Source of the DNA: Amphiscolops sp. MND2022
Lineage: Eukaryota
Direction of reading: 5' to 3'
Assembly: GCA_964187785.1 (NCBI GenBank)
Contig: OZ076409.1
Location: forward strand, 55,492,001-55,556,000
Length of the DNA: 64,000 nucleotides
Positions within the stretch are counted from its first letter, which is position 1. Each line of letters starts with the position of its first letter. The notes under the pieces were generated by a model. That model saw only the letters and a list, made by a program, of their open reading frames with translations. It was not told the origin of the DNA and made no database searches. The translations under genes were made by a program, and so were the position numbers. Positions 12,237 to 25,804 of this stretch are shown here, piece by piece.

Positions 12237-12577
12237 GTAGTAGCAAACTTTTCTAAAGCGAAAATACTACAACCCTCAAAACTTTATGGTACTCCGATTC
12301 AACTATTTGATCTCCTTGCAAACAAAAGTTTGAACTTAAAAAGATTGATTTTAATTCAATTGATTAAAAACAACCTTTTGATTCATCGAAAAGTCTCTAA
12401 TCCCCTTATTGAATTCGTATTCTTTAGTATCTTGAAATTATAAACTTATCACTTTTTATATTATTTATACCATTTTTCTGCATTTTGCTTGCCTTCGCGT
12501 AAGCTCAATTAGGTCGGAAAATGTAAACATTCCATAAACATTGATTCTCCAATTGAGAATGGTGCTCGGAATTTGAG

Positions 12578-12651
12578 CCGGCTACCAGTACTACTAGAAA
12601 AATGATAGTGTCATATGACACTATCATTTTTCTAGTAGTACTGGTAGCCGG
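12578..12651. repeat. Perfect 74-bp spacerless palindrome centred on GTCATATGAC
   Basis: 37-bp arms are exact reverse complements. Confidence 0.95.
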
Positions 12652-12673
12652 AATTTCGAAATGGTAGCTGGTA

Positions 12674-12761
12674 ATCGAAATTTCCTATCATTACACAAGT
12701 TTTTTTGATGAAGTCATATGACTTCATCAAAAAAATTTGTGTAATGATGGGAAATTTCGAT
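12674..12761. repeat. 88-bp near-perfect palindrome (2 mismatches), also centred on GTCATATGAC
   Basis: 44-bp arms ATCGAAATTTCC...GAAGTCAT|ATGACTTC...GGAAATTTCGAT. Confidence 0.92.
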
Positions 12762-12881
12762 AATTGAAGTGTGCTGCCAATCAGAAGTCTGGACCAATAG
12801 CAGAGTAACAAACATGGAACTACTTGTTAATGATAACCCGAAGACCAGATAAAGCAGAGTTTCCAAAGGCAAAGTGAAACT

Positions 12882-13263
12882 AAAACAAGACGGGAACGGC
12901 ATAAGTCGGCTTCGCTAAAAATGGGATCCTTCCGCATTTTTTAACATCAATTGTTGCAAAACATCAAAAAACACCAGGGTGCACAAAATATAGTGAAAAA
13001 ATTTTCCGAAACTATCTCACAATGCCAAAAAACTGAAAGGGGGACTATTTAGTCTCTCCCGCTATGGTGGTATGGTATGTTACGCGGAAAAAGAGAGAAA
13101 ACGTTTTGGTTCAGTTCGCTAAGCCAAATGATTCAATTTGGGACCATAAAAATTTTCAAGAACTTTTGTAGAACTCCTTTGATCAGTTCGTGTAGATTAA
13201 AAAAAAGAATAAAAAGAGTCACTATATTAGTCGCGTTTCACGTCATGAAGCGCTGACTAAAAA
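12882..13263 (-). mobile_element. HINE/DINE-1-like element (internally deleted)
   Basis: One end is AAACAAGACGGGAACGGC-ATAAGTCGGC (stem-loop plus subTIR). The other is AAGCGCTGACTAAAAA. Both ends sit in A/T runs. Confidence 0.65.
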
Positions 13264-14069
13264 GCGAAGGAGATGCTTGCAGACTTGGTAAATTGGTAGA
13301 TCCTGGAAAGCTCAAAATATCAATAATCCTTGCTCAATAATCGTAAAATCTAGTTAAACAAACTTCTAACAAAATTCCAAAAAAATCTAGCTTTTACAAA
13401 AAAACTGTTTGATTGGAAAGAGCTTGATCAAATCGATCATTTCGCATTGGGTGTCAGGAACAAGAGGTGCAGGACGTCCTGTGTGCTTGACATTTCCAGT
13501 GACACCTACGAAACCTCAAAGATGATATGTGGGGATGGGGTATGTTTTTCAGCCTTTGTTTTCCAGACCTTTTAACAGTTGAAATTTTGTCTCAAAAACG
13601 ACTGTTCACATTTCTTCTGCAGCAGAGAGTCCAAGGTAGCATTGTGGGGAAGCGAATTCGGCCAATGCTGGATGTGTTTGCCTTTTAGCAAATACGTAAA
13701 TATCAGTGCTGGCTGGTCCACACGTGATTGAGGGCCCGGAGGAAAGGTATTCCCTACATTTTCACAATTCGCTGACAAGGCCACCAAGTTAGTTGCTCTC
13801 TTTTGGTCTTTTTCTTTTTTTGAGCACCCAAATTAGGTTTTTCCGACAAAAAAGGTAGTTGATTAAGGCACAAGTTGTTTAAGGGAACAATACTCTCTCA
13901 ACATCGTCACTATCGTCACAAAGACTTTACGGAATAACAGTTGCTCTGGAACAAAGTTTGCAAAACGGAAGGTGTCAGACTAGTGATTTGTCTGGCGAGA
14001 AATTGTCAACCAAAATCAAACAGAAGTGTCGATAAATTTTTGCAGAAACGGTTCAAAACTTTTGAACGT

Positions 14070-14500
14070 TCACGAGTTGCGTACCAGGGTTGTCGATATG
14101 AAAGACCAATTTCATTACACTAAGCAGTTTTTGGAATGAACTTTGCACGATGTTCTTCATTTAGCGTCTTCAAACAACTGAAAGCTAAGCTATAGTTTTC
14201 ATTCAACACTACTATCCTTTAAGACCTACGTTGAGAATTTGAATCTAGTTTTTGTAAATGATCAAATACTACTTGTGTTTGACGATAGTGTTGTATAGAC
14301 AACGCCCCCTCATCGTGGAAAAAATGAAAAAAATAGAATTTCATGAAATGTGATTTCATTGATATACTCTGGATGGATTATAAAAATAAACATGATTGCA
14401 TGGTCTTGACTCACGGAAACGTTTAGTTTCAGCCACTTATTTTCACTTTTGATTTTCTAAATGTCGCTTGTCAATGACTAACATGTACACCAATTGTCAT
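14070..14500 (+). pseudogene. Probable Polinton packaging ATPase remnant
   Basis: Walker-B-like QILLVFDDS (about 14263-14290), a decayed Walker-A-like ..KTNFI (about 14100) and a RLVSATYF motif. Multiple frameshifts. Confidence 0.4.
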
Positions 14501-15359
14501 ACAAATCATTGAAAAGACAGAAAAAGACCATTTCAAATGAAAATTTTGCAGATGGGAAAAATCACACATGAGGCAAAACATCTAAAAAACTTCAAACTTG
14601 TTTTGATGCAAATTTCATGTTCCAGGCAAAAAATTATACAATTTTGATGTGCCCATGTCTAGGATTCGTTCGATATCTTTACATGAATTTTTAGTCTGCC
14701 TTTTTCTTTTCACCTTGACTTGATGTAGGACTCTAAACAACAGTCATAGTAGCTCGTGTTTAGCCTGTTTTACCACATTACAGTCGGTTGTAGTGAAAGA
14801 TTCAGATCTTAAACCAAACAAAACGAATTCCGTTTTTCTTCCACTCTGCAAAAAAGTTTTCCTCGGGTTCTTTATTTTGAAAGTGTGTATTTCATGAAAA
14901 AAACGCGTCAAGAAAGCCATCCTCTCTGGTCACTGCCGAAGCTCCTTCAACACAAAATAATTGCTCTTCGCAGTAGTTTACAATTTTTACGTTAGAGTGG
15001 TTGTTGGATGTGATGTACATCTTTACACAGCGTAATGATTTGGAATGCATTTTTGCCTATAAGACACAATTTTTAGCGTCGACAATCTTAATTTAAGGAA
15101 GAAAAAAGTCAGCAACAATCTACGAGTCGAAAAATTTTCAGTCCTTTTTCCTGTCGCCACAATTACTACATTTGGTTAGTGCTAAAGTTGCCGTTGATAC
15201 AGCAGGAAAATGCTCTGATCGAACGACGACAACGACAACGGAGAAAAGGAAGAAAAAAGCACTGACGACGACAACCTGTGTTTTTGATTTGACAGCTCCG
15301 CCACAACTGCCTCGTCAATACTCTTTTGATTTAATGTTGGAAGTTTGATTTTAAAGGAA

Positions 15360-16103
15360 TTGATTGCACACAGCCAGGATGTTTGAGTCTGGAAAAAGAG
15401 AAGAAATTTCAATCGGTTGGAAAACCTGAGAATCAACTGGGAACACAAGAATACGAAGAATCCATTACAACACACAATATCCAACACTACAGATAGCCAT
15501 GCAGAAACTACAGTATCGACAGACGACGACAACATCACCGACGGTGATTTCACACTTGGCTACTTTTCTTACACCGGTTCATCAACGTTATCGTGTTATT
15601 GTGAACAAACCAGATGCCATTTTAACATTACAAAGAGTTGTTACAATGAAATTCGTCAAATTTTTTACGGAATGAATTCTGAAATTACTACAATTACCAA
15701 CATGGAGAGAACAATCACTTTTGCCCACAACGAGGAAACTTAGCACCTTTCATTCACATTTCAAAGAACTACAGAAGGACAGACCGCGAGTACTTAAAAT
15801 TTCAAAGTGAAGACTCGGCACACACTTCTGGGAATGGGAACGCATGCTGTGTACTGTGAGGCGAACCAAACCATTCCTCCATATACTTTTGATATTGCAC
15901 GCTTTCACACCTTTTATTTTAGTAAATTTGTAGTCTTCAGTAATTTGTGCATTGTGAAAAACCAACTTTTACGCGCATTCACATTTCGTCAACAAACGAA
16001 AAATGAGGATTTGGTCGTGATATACCGGTACGACTACCGAGCCTTAGCCAACTTGCAGTATCGCACTGTATGTTTGGATGATAATAATATTATACAAACC
16101 TAG
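15360..16103 (+). pseudogene. Polinton minor capsid (penton) protein remnant
   Basis: NITDGDF in ORF 15417-15743 and FVVFSNL..NQLLRAFTF..YRALANLQYRTV in ORF 15807-16103 resemble Polinton mCP motifs. Confidence 0.5.
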
Positions 16104-16161
16104 ATTCGAGTTATGAAGGGACCCAATTCCTTTCTCCAAATTGGGTCATTTAGTTCTATAT

Positions 16162-16560
16162 TTACATTTTCGCAGAAAACGTGTGCCCAGAATTATTGAA
16201 TTTTAAAAAAGAAATCTTTTCACAAACAAAGTTTTTTCTATAAAATATTACAAATAATTGATACAATTCAAAATCATTCTTTACTTTAGGTGTATTGCCA
16301 AACAAGTTCCATGCAAAAAAAATACGGTAGAGACCATCAAAAGAATCCACCTGCTTTATTGTAATGTTCAAAGGTACGAACGTTTTCCGTTCTGGTAGTC
16401 AGTTAAACAACTTTGAGTAATTATTCAAAGTAGCTGCTTTCAAAGAATATCCAAAGTAGTGAAAACCATTGGAAAAGCGAATCAACGTTATCCAATGTTC
16501 GTCAATGTCTGTACTGGTGTTTACAATATGAAAAATGTCTTTTGGCATCCGAAAAACGTG
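16162..16560 (-). pseudogene. Polinton adenain-like cysteine protease remnant
   Basis: Minus-strand translation FHIVNTSTDIDEHWITL..HYFGYSL..QVDSFDGLYRIFFA matches IVNT..GEHW..YFDS..Q..CGLYC. The catalytic Cys is lost and there is an in-frame stop. Confidence 0.7.
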
Positions 16561-17199
16561 TGTTGAGGCAGAAGCAACCCAAGTTATGATGTTTTAGTGT
16601 GAGAATTTTTCAAATAATTTGTAACAAGACTGCACTTTCCATGTTTCAACACTTTCCATGTTCTATGAATTTGAACTGTCGTAGATCGTTCTTCGAGCAC
16701 AAAAAGCTCCAAATGTGCCCTAGTTTTGGTGAAAAACTCGAGCTCGACCCGTATTGGAGCTTCCATAATTTCGGGGCCGCAAAAACCTTTTTGCACTGTT
16801 GTGTGGATGCTCCAACAGCTCCCTATAGTTGGTTTCAACAACGGGTTTTTTGAACTTGATGAAGCCATTCTATTCGAAGTAACTGCAACGTTTCGTTAGC
16901 TTGTCATTCATCGAGTGTATCAAGCTAGATACTCGCTTCTTACTTCTTTCGACACCAAACCTGCGTTTGATTAACTTCATTGCTATTGTTGCAGCTGGTA
17001 CATCGTAAGATAAGTTTTTGGAAGCCTACGGTAGCGAAGTCATCATTTTTTTCCGTAATAGCATCTCAACAGTTTTGAATTTCTATAAGAATCTTCATTA
17101 CCACCATACGAATCTATCGTTTCATCATTGAAGAATGGAAATGTTTCGGAGAGCCAGATTATTGATTTTGTTTGGAAAGGAGAGAGTCTCAACGTCCAA

Positions 17200-18470
17200 G
17201 AAGTAAACCAAAAAACATGATATCGAAAGTATATGAGGATAATAAACAAACATGGGCGGAGGATTACCAGTTCTTTTGAGCAACTTTTAATTGACTTGCT
17301 GAAGAAAACTTTAGCTCTCAGTGGTGCCGCCAAGTCATATTTTATCGATCAAACAAAGGCGAGAAAATTGTCCTATTCAATCATAAAAAGTAGGATTTGT
17401 ATCAAACACTTCGAAACAAGATTATTGGTGATCTTAGCATAGTTTTCGGATCTTTAAAAAAATCAATGAAATTTAGTCAAAGATGAAATAATAAAGTCAA
17501 TGATGCCAAAGCCTTGTCTTTGTCCGGTATTGGTAAAAACATGCCAACTGGGCCTTTGACTCATTGAGGGTGCAACATCGACAATTTGACAATTTCCAAA
17601 GAGGGTAACTTTTTACAGGCCGAAAGGCTGAATGTTGCCTTCATATCCAAACGTCATCAAGATCAAAATGCAAAATGTTCACTGACCACGCGTTTCACCA
17701 ACATATGCCACCAAGTTAGAACACTCAATCCTGATGCTATCTGTGTGTCCTGTTATACTGTTTGGGAATTTTTAGGATCTTATCATCAAGCTCAAGATTG
17801 TATGAGTTTGGTTATTTGACTATACCTGAACTTAACAGCAGGATGAATCTAACATTCCGTCAACAGGTTCTTTGTACTGCTAAGTACTTCAGCCGCCTCC
17901 ATTTCGTGACAAAACACCGGCGAAAATAATTGAAAATGATACGGAGCTTTAAGAAATGATAAAAAGTGCTGGTTTCCGTGCAATTGAACAGTGGGAGTTT
18001 CAGGGGAATCACCCTAAAGAAACCGACCCCGCGGTAAAAGGGTTCATAGGAAACATTGAATGTCTATCAAAAAGTTTACAAGGTTGGACTCTTTTCTAAA
18101 TGCCGTTTGGGAAGAAAAATTCTATAGAATAGCTGACGTTGACGTACCACGTTCCAAATCACTTGAAGGAACACTTCAAAGATTTTCCACCCATCTTCAA
18201 AATTTCAACAGTTGAGAGACAACATCTTTTTGCGGAAATACAAGATAAGGCTAAGGAGATTGGTATGATAAAAAACGGGTGAAATAGCTTGTGGTCAGCT
18301 ACTTCGATGAAAAGATGATGCAATCTACAGACTACATCAAGTGTTTTAGAAAATTGTTAAGTTGTTACAAAATGCTACAAGTTCCTTTGTTATCAAAACG
18401 CACAGCCCTTCAATGTTTTTTTTGGAGTTTGTAACGAAAAACAAACGAAAGAGACGTTGACAATTGGCTC
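17200..18470 (+). pseudogene. Protein-primed family B DNA polymerase (pPolB) remnant
   Basis: Ordered decayed motifs: IDLLKKTLALSGAA, IGDLSIVF, DAKAL...NMPTG (motif A), PDAICVSCYTVWEFLG, GFRAIEQWE, VPNHLKEHFKDFPPIFK, VVTKCYKF. Confidence 0.78.
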
Positions 18471-19482
18471 AGTGTGATTGCACAAACACAGTGGAAAGAG
18501 CGCATAACTCATCCAACTCATAAAGAAATCAAAATTTCAACAATCATTTTTTCTTGATGAAACTGAAGTTGATCAAAAAATGAATTCACCGAATTTCCGG
18601 AACTATGACATTGTGAAAAAAAAGATCTACGAAATAAACATGGCCAAAAGGAAATGCCCACAATGACCCAATTCTCGTTGGTTTTGATCATTGAAAACAT
18701 TTCGTTCATCGTTACTGACGCGATCACGCTATCGAGCATCGATGATATCGTAATTACTCACCTGAAGTAATGACTTCTCAAGTAGCACACATGTTGGCCG
18801 TTTTTACGTGACTAATTTCATTTTGAATTGAATGGCGGTAGAACTGATAGAATCTATTTGCATATAAAATTGAAACTTCTCTCAATGAAACTTGCAATTT
18901 CTTCGAGGCTTCAACATAGGATCCTTCGTTAAAGTTGAATGTCCAATACAACAGGAATTAATTTTGCATTAAGTTTTCCGTAAACGCTTTCGATAATCAC
19001 ACAAGACGTTGTTGTTAACTTCAAAGAACATCAAAAAGTTCAAACAATCTCAACCAAGGATATAGTCAAACGGAATCAAGCTAATCTTGAAAACGACTGA
19101 TGCTCATATTGGATCCACACGCGATCACTTCGGTGAAGATCCTCTCTATCCTCGTTTCTAATTCCTCAAGGACCTTCTATTATAATTTCGCATATGAAAT
19201 CAAACTTCGGTAAGACAATGAAGTCGAGTCCAATTGTTGAGTTTGAAAGTTTTCGAAATTTATCGTAAAAAATCTTTCATTGCGACAGAACTTCAATATG
19301 CATCAAAACAAGACTTCACTGGTTCATGTTTCAACTTTAAGCATTGAAGTGCTTTTCAAGAGGAAGATGAAATTGTGCGTTTTCAAGAACCTGAGTTTTA
19401 AAAAAATATGAATTCAAGAGATTGTGATTGGTCATTGATTGTTCAATTTCTGAAACTCAAAGTGTTTCGATATTATTATTGG

Positions 19483-19635
19483 ACTTTGAGCAAGTACTTC
19501 ATCCCTAGCTTAGTGGTATTGCCAATGACATAAAGATAACGCATTTGGCGGAAACAATTAGAAAGAACCGGTGGGCAGTCACAATTTGGGATTTTGAACA
19601 AGTGGCTTTGAAACCACAGCTTCAAGCCGACACCT
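19483..19635. repeat. Diverged copy of the repeat at 7630-7765
   Basis: Shared sequence blocks in the same orientation. Confidence 0.6.
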
Positions 19636-20735
19636 TACTGACTATTTGGTTGCAAGGATGTTACCAGCTCCCTTCGTTTTCAGCGTCCACCCCCGGAATT
19701 GGGAAATAAACTTTCTTTCTTCTTTTTCAAATGATCAATAACTCCTTTTCTTCATCTGCAATTTTCAACTATCTTTCTGAATACTTCATGAGTTTGTAAA
19801 CTTTTACTACCTGTGGAAAAAAGTGGATGATTAATATTTGACGGTTTCAGCTTTTCATCCAAAGTTACCAAACCATCATTCTGTTATCTTTCAATAGTAT
19901 TTTCGCTATATTATTTTCTATTTCTGCACCTTCTAACTTTTCAAGCTTCAATTTTCAAGCTTTTCAAATGCCGAATAACATTTTAGGATCTTGATTCCTT
20001 TTAACATTGTGAGGTATTCAGATGGAAAACGTCATTCTGATTATCACATTAGGCTTTCTGTGCCTGGTGTCTTGTTATAGTAAGTTCCACAATTACTTTT
20101 TTGCTTAGAAAAAGACCTTACGATGAAATTCAGAGGCATTTCATCGTTGTTTTCGTGGTGCTGATAGGAGTAAAAGTGTGGATTTTTCTCGGTGGATCAT
20201 CAATGACCACGGGTGGAACGATTGCATAAACAGTATTCACTCAGTTCAAGCTGTATATTCTAATTTGAAGCTCAAATTCTAATTTGAAGCTCAAAGGCTT
20301 CGAAGATCCTAGAATTCATGACCTGCTCGACGGCACCTCTGCCAGCGCCGACAGTTTTTCAATTTTCTTGAAGCCAGCCAAACTTAGAAAAACTCAATTT
20401 TCTAAGCTCCTGATCTCATCTTTGAAGAATCTCGGAAGTGCACATAAGTTCATGTTTCTTTTGTAAAATTTTCTTCATCATTCGTTGGTTGGTTGTACAT
20501 GGGGCTTTTTTAGGCACCTGCTCGGCAGTAGCGCCGCCAGTGCCGAATGTGTTTCAGTTGGGCAACCAATACTAGAGAGTTTTAGTTTTTGCGATGTCCT
20601 GATGTGTATTTTTAAAGACCACAGGAAGCAATCCCACATTATGCATACAGGATACTTTTATCCAGCTTGCAATAGATACTTCCAAGCCGCAAACTTTTAT
20701 CGGTTGAATTCTGCTCCAGTATTCGCCAGATTATT

Positions 20736-21077
20736 CCCGGGTTTCCCTCCCATACAAAAACATGTTGATCATACTCAGGTCCATAAAGGTTCTTGGTTTT
20801 AAGACCCTTTATGGTCCAGAGTATGGTCAGCCCGGAAACACAAATAGAAAATTAGGATAACGTAGTCAATTAACGCGTACACTGATGAAATTACTGATAT
20901 TCCTCAACCAAAGTGCCAATACAATCACTAAACTGAAAACAATTCCCAATCATCAATTTTTGGCAGCTTTTGCTGAAATATTGGTAATTATTCTCGAAAG
21001 AATCAGAAATCACACTGAAAATGTATGGTTTTGTATGATACCATATATGATCAAAGTATGATCAGCCTGGTCGGACG
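20736..21077. mobile_element. Second, shorter copy of the MITE at 4186-4856
   Basis: Begins CCCGGGTTTCCCTCCC, shares GTCAATTAACGC..CACTGATGAAATTAC and TTGGCAGCTTTTGCTGAAATATTGG, and ends ATGATCAGCCTGGTCGGA. Confidence 0.7.
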
Positions 21078-22049
21078 CTTGATTCGGTGGGACTGGTAAG
21101 ATCTTCTCCAGTATTCCCAAAGGCTGATAAGGACTGGTCCCGTCCTTGTATGGCTAGAAGTGGCATTAGTAAGGAATTGGTCGAGGGCTTGACCAGTCCT
21201 TGCTATGTGATCCAGTCCTTGCTATGAGTTCTTGGCATCCATGTGATCAAAGTTTTGCCAGTACGGTCGTATACGTTCGCAGAACTAATTCTGTCAATAT
21301 TGATTTTCAGGTCTATTGTGCTCCAATGGGATCTTTATATGTACTCATTTGAAGTGTGACGGCATTAAAGACTGTTCAGACGGAGCGGACGAAAAACAGT
21401 GCGAGTCACCAAGCAACCACACAAGTCCTGGTTACTTTTCCCACGATTCAACTTCGATTAACAGTTCGTTTTTCCTACAAATTTTCTGAAAACTTTCAGA
21501 ATCTAAATGGACAGTTGAGTGGAGTACTGATTTTAAAAATTACTCTTTTAACAAACGTGAAACGCTTTAGTTCATTCTTTGAGGAGGTCCAACAAAATAT
21601 AATTGCTGACCATTTTGCACCGATTGGTTTCACCAACCAGCCCCCGAACTAATTAAAATTTTGAAAAAAAAACTAATCAAAAAACGTTCATTTCCCCAAA
21701 GCACCTTTTCCAAGGAATGGTGGAAAAGGAATATTTGAAAGGATCATGCAAAATTAGGCATCATATGAAATTCCAATAAAGCAAACTTTACATTTCGAGA
21801 GAATGATTGCAAAAGATATTCTCATATCGAATGGGATAAATGCTATATCCGTGTGAAAAAACAATCCTGACATTGTCCTCTCATCAAAACGTTTCATCCG
21901 AAACGTTCTGGTTTACAAACAAAACTGACATGTTTTTAATAAAAACGTGATTTAAAATTTCATTAGACAACGTTTGAGTCATAAGAAAGAAGAATCATTC
22001 AAATTTTGAGGAAAGTTTCATTTTGATAAGACTTTTGTTCAAATTTCAG

Positions 22050-22283
22050 ATTCGGTTCCTCCACTCCCAGTGGGAGAAGCTCCAATTGCAATTATGAAAG
22101 CCGAGGCAGATCAACCGTATCACACACTACACGCGTCTGTAATTGCAAACACATTTGATGGCAACTATTCTACTGACCCACACGACTGCTACATGTCAAA
22201 CATGAGAAACAACGGATGGGCCATATTCCGTACAAACTATGCACACATTCAAAGAGTCTCTGTTCTCAGTAGAAGTGATAAAA
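22050..22283 (+). CDS. Host exon, N-terminal half of an F-type lectin / galactose-binding-like domain
   Basis: TTTCAG acceptor, GTGAGT donor, 234 bp phase 1-1. Reads NTFDGNYSTDPHDCYMS..GWAIF..IQRVSVLSRSD. Confidence 0.78.
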
Positions 22284-23092
22284 GTGAGTTGCTTATTGTA
22301 TTTTTGAAGCTTTGAATAATTTTCAACACAGTTTCTGGCATCTTGGAGTGGTAAAAAGTTGTCATTTCTAGTTTGATATTCCTTGGGCAGTCCCTCCATG
22401 CGCCTGCGATGAGAATTTTTACTCGATCAGCCACACGTATGAGAGATGCCTGCCCTGAACAGTGCCGCTGAACTAAAAACCAAACTGATAAAAACTAAAA
22501 ATGTTTCGCTTACTATTTTCCAGCTTATTGAGTATATCAGCCGAAATCAGATCCTCCAGATTGTGCCAAAGATTTTGTCTCAGTAGATGTTTCCATTGCG
22601 TTTTTGTCATTTTTGTATGGAAACCAAGATTTTTCGGATTTTGTTAGTGTGTGCAAATATGTATCGAGGATTATTACCTGATTTCTGGATCATCTGGAGT
22701 GAGGAGTGATTGTGTGTCAATTTTCATTCTATAATGAAAACTTTTGATCCACCTGGATTCAATTTTTTTCAGAATGTCTGTTTTTATGTTCAATGATGGT
22801 CCGCGCATGGAAAAATTTTTGTGATTTTAAAAACTGCTTTAGAGTGGTTCATGATTGGAGCATGATTGGCCATGCATGGGAACCCGTGTGATCTCAGTAA
22901 TGGTGAACAGATAATTAAAAGGTATTACGGTAGCACAAACACGTCAAAGGAGTCTTGAAATTTAAAATCTAATTTTTGCGCGCTCAGTGCCTCGAAAAAA
23001 CTAAAGAGGAACCTAGTTTGGTGATGAAAACATGTTGCCCCTCTTGATGGTTTTTTGTTCGATCATAAATTGACTCGATTATAAACTGCTTA

Positions 23093-23520
23093 CATTACTG
23101 TGCCAAAAGTGGGTTAACACACTTTTGTGCTATTAAGTCACCGAAATCCACTGACATACTTTTAAACATGTATTTCACTGATTTTCATTGGATTCCGCTG
23201 TTGCCTGTTTTGGATTCCACTAACATATCTAGCTAATGTACAAAAATGTGTGCACCGAAATCCACTGCTTTTCACTGCCAACCGATTGAACCAATCGCGT
23301 CAGCTTACTTCAACTTTCAGCGAAATTCGCTGAAACTTGCAGTGGATTCCACTTCAGCTTACAGTGGATTCCACTTTGGCTTACAGTCGATTCCACTTTG
23401 GCCTACAGCCGATTCCACTTTTCAACTTGTGGAATTGACTGCAAAACGAGTGGAATTGACAGTAAGCCAAAGTTGAATTCACTGTAAGTTGAAGTGGAAT
23501 CCACTGCAAATTTCAGCGAA
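23093..23520. repeat. Foldback/MITE-like element with GTGGATTCCAC units and a ~70-bp-arm inverted repeat (23325-23520)
   Basis: TTCGCTGAAACTTGCAGTGGATTCCACTTC... pairs with ...GAAGTGGAATCCACTGCAAATTTCAGCGAA. Confidence 0.65.
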
Positions 23521-24771
23521 AGGACAGATCAATGAAACATAAATAATAACTTTCTAATAATCTTCTTTCATTTTTTCATGCTGAAACAAACCTTTTGGCC
23601 CTTTAGTTTTGTCCCCCCACACCTGTTTTAACAAATTATATATATTTATTATTATTAATTTATTATTAATTTATTATGTAGGAACGGCGAAAAATTTTCG
23701 ATTCAGCGAAATATTCGATAAAACGAAAACATGCTAGTATGACCTATACTGTCGGGGATTTTTATTCGTTTACCCGAAATTTTGATTTCGATATTTAGCC
23801 GATATTCGATTATCCGAATCTTACTGTAATTGCAAAAACAACATCTTGAAAAGTGTAGGGAAAAGGAAAAAGTTCCATACTTTTTATTTTTGTTTGTTTC
23901 AGATCAAATTCATACAAATTCTGTGAAGCAATCGGCGAATGGTGGGAACTTCAAAATCACTCTTTATGGTTGCAATGTTTACAACTTCAATGGTTACAAC
24001 TCACACCTGATGCGTTCCTCTCTTCTCTATTATTATAAAGTTCTCTCCTTATTATAAAAATTTTGTTAAAAGTTTTCTTTACGTCTTTCTTTTTGTCATG
24101 ATAATATGTAGTTTTTTACAATTGAAAAAATTTTCTTCACCATTTTTTGCCAAGAACTTTTAGTGCTTGAACTGTGTTCACTGTCAACTCACGGTCGAAT
24201 AACAACAGAATCATTTGCTGGCAAATCCTCTATACAATGTCAACCGATTCACGGTTGATAACCAACTCACGGTGGAGACAAAAAAAATCAGTGAAAAATT
24301 AGTGAAAAATAAGGTTGTATGCCCCAGGATAGAAAAAAAGGACTCCGTAGAGATAATGATATTTTAGGGACGTAAAGCAATTTTCCGTAATACTACACAA
24401 AAATATGTAAGAGTTCCCTAACTTTAAATTACATGACTACTGGAAATGCTAGTAAACTTTTGCCAAGAAAAATCCTTCCACATGATTGTTTGGGAACAAT
24501 CACACCTAATTTTATCACCTACTAGTGAGCGCACGTATGACCTTGTAGTTTTAGTTCAACGCGTGCAATCAAATAGTTTCAAACAGGTGTTGAAGAATTA
24601 TTTAAACAGCGTGCGGTAATACTGTGAGAAAAATGTTGCAAGATGAACAAGACTAGTAGTCCTAACAAGATTTGTAAAGATTTGTTTGTTACTATGAATT
24701 GTATAGCAGCTAGCAGATTTATTCGGATCCCTTAGGAATGTAAGAATTCATTCAAAATTGAAAAATTATGA

Positions 24772-25497
24772 TGTAACGTCCAGCAAAAGACGTCACAAAA
24801 ATTCGATGAAATGTGCGATAGCAAAATTTCTAAATCAAGATGGCCGACCTGACAGGTACTTGAAATTGAAAAGGATGATGGAAAATAGTGCAAAGACACC
24901 CCCCACCCAGCCCGAGAGAGAACACACCGCCATAGAAGTATCCCCGAAATTGCCGTGTTGTGCCATCTCCCTCGGAAGACGTCCCAGCTGCCAGCAGAAC
25001 CCGAAGAATGGCCCAAGAGATGAAGAAACTCAGAAGTTTGCATATTTTGCATGTGCCACCTAGTAGGTCCAAGACCAAGGCTCGCTGACACTGACGCCTG
25101 ATGTTTTTTCAGCCTGTTGTACCATATTTGTGGTTTTTGTAGATGTTTGGCGATGTTTTACCCCTTATTTCACCCAGTTTAGACGTTATTCACTAATTAA
25201 ATGTACTTTGGCTAAACCCCTGTTTTTGGATCTCGGAGGTATGTAGGAACACGCAGGAGCATTAGGAATTGTTTTTACAGGCTTGTGGGACGTGTCCGGA
25301 CTTTGAGAGCGCCGGCACGTCGCCTCGGAGCTCTAATAGAAGAGACTCCTTAGACAATTGGAAAAGTCCCTTTTAGGAGACCATTTTGGGATTAAGAACT
25401 AATGCCTAGGGCTGTAGTAACACAACGGTCTCCTGCCTAAGCACCCTAGGCATTGTCCCACTTCTATGATGTACTCTGCTAGGTGGCTGACGTTACA
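24772..25497. mobile_element. 726-bp insertion with TGTAACGTC...GACGTTACA ends, probable solo LTR of a third family
   Basis: 9-bp perfect inverted TG..CA termini. Absent from the paralogous segment at 25645-25800. Only TGA is duplicated at the flanks. Confidence 0.55.
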
Positions 25498-25546
25498 TGA
25501 AATTCCTCAACTTTCCGATTTTGAATGTTTTTTGTTTTGATGTCAA

Positions 25547-25624
25547 GAAGAATACGGTTATTCAGAAACTTTTTCGTATCATCCAGGTTTCACTGCCATT
25601 GGTCTTGGTGGAACGGAGGTGAAC
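25547..25624 (+). pseudogene. Truncated duplicate of the 5' part of the lectin C-half exon
   Basis: Reads EYGYSETFSYHPGFTAIGLGGTEV. The last 46 bp are identical to 25830-25875, then homology breaks. Confidence 0.75.
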
Positions 25625-25804
25625 TCCATATTACACTGCCTAGACCTAACAAGATGTAAGATGTGTCAAGTGTTTGCTAGTGTTTGTATAGCAGAAAGCA
25701 ACTTTTCGGATCCCTTAAAAATGTAAGGATTCATTCAAAATTGAAAAAGTATTAATTCATAACTTCGGATTTTTGATGAACTTTTGCGTTTTGATTTCAA
25801 AAAG

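Larger units (their letters stand above)
13400..18470. mobile_element. Heavily degenerate Polinton/Maverick remnant; boundaries approximate, no TIRs seen
   Basis: Clustered remnants of pPolB, adenain-like protease, minor capsid and a probable A32-like ATPase (see sub-features). Confidence 0.72.
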
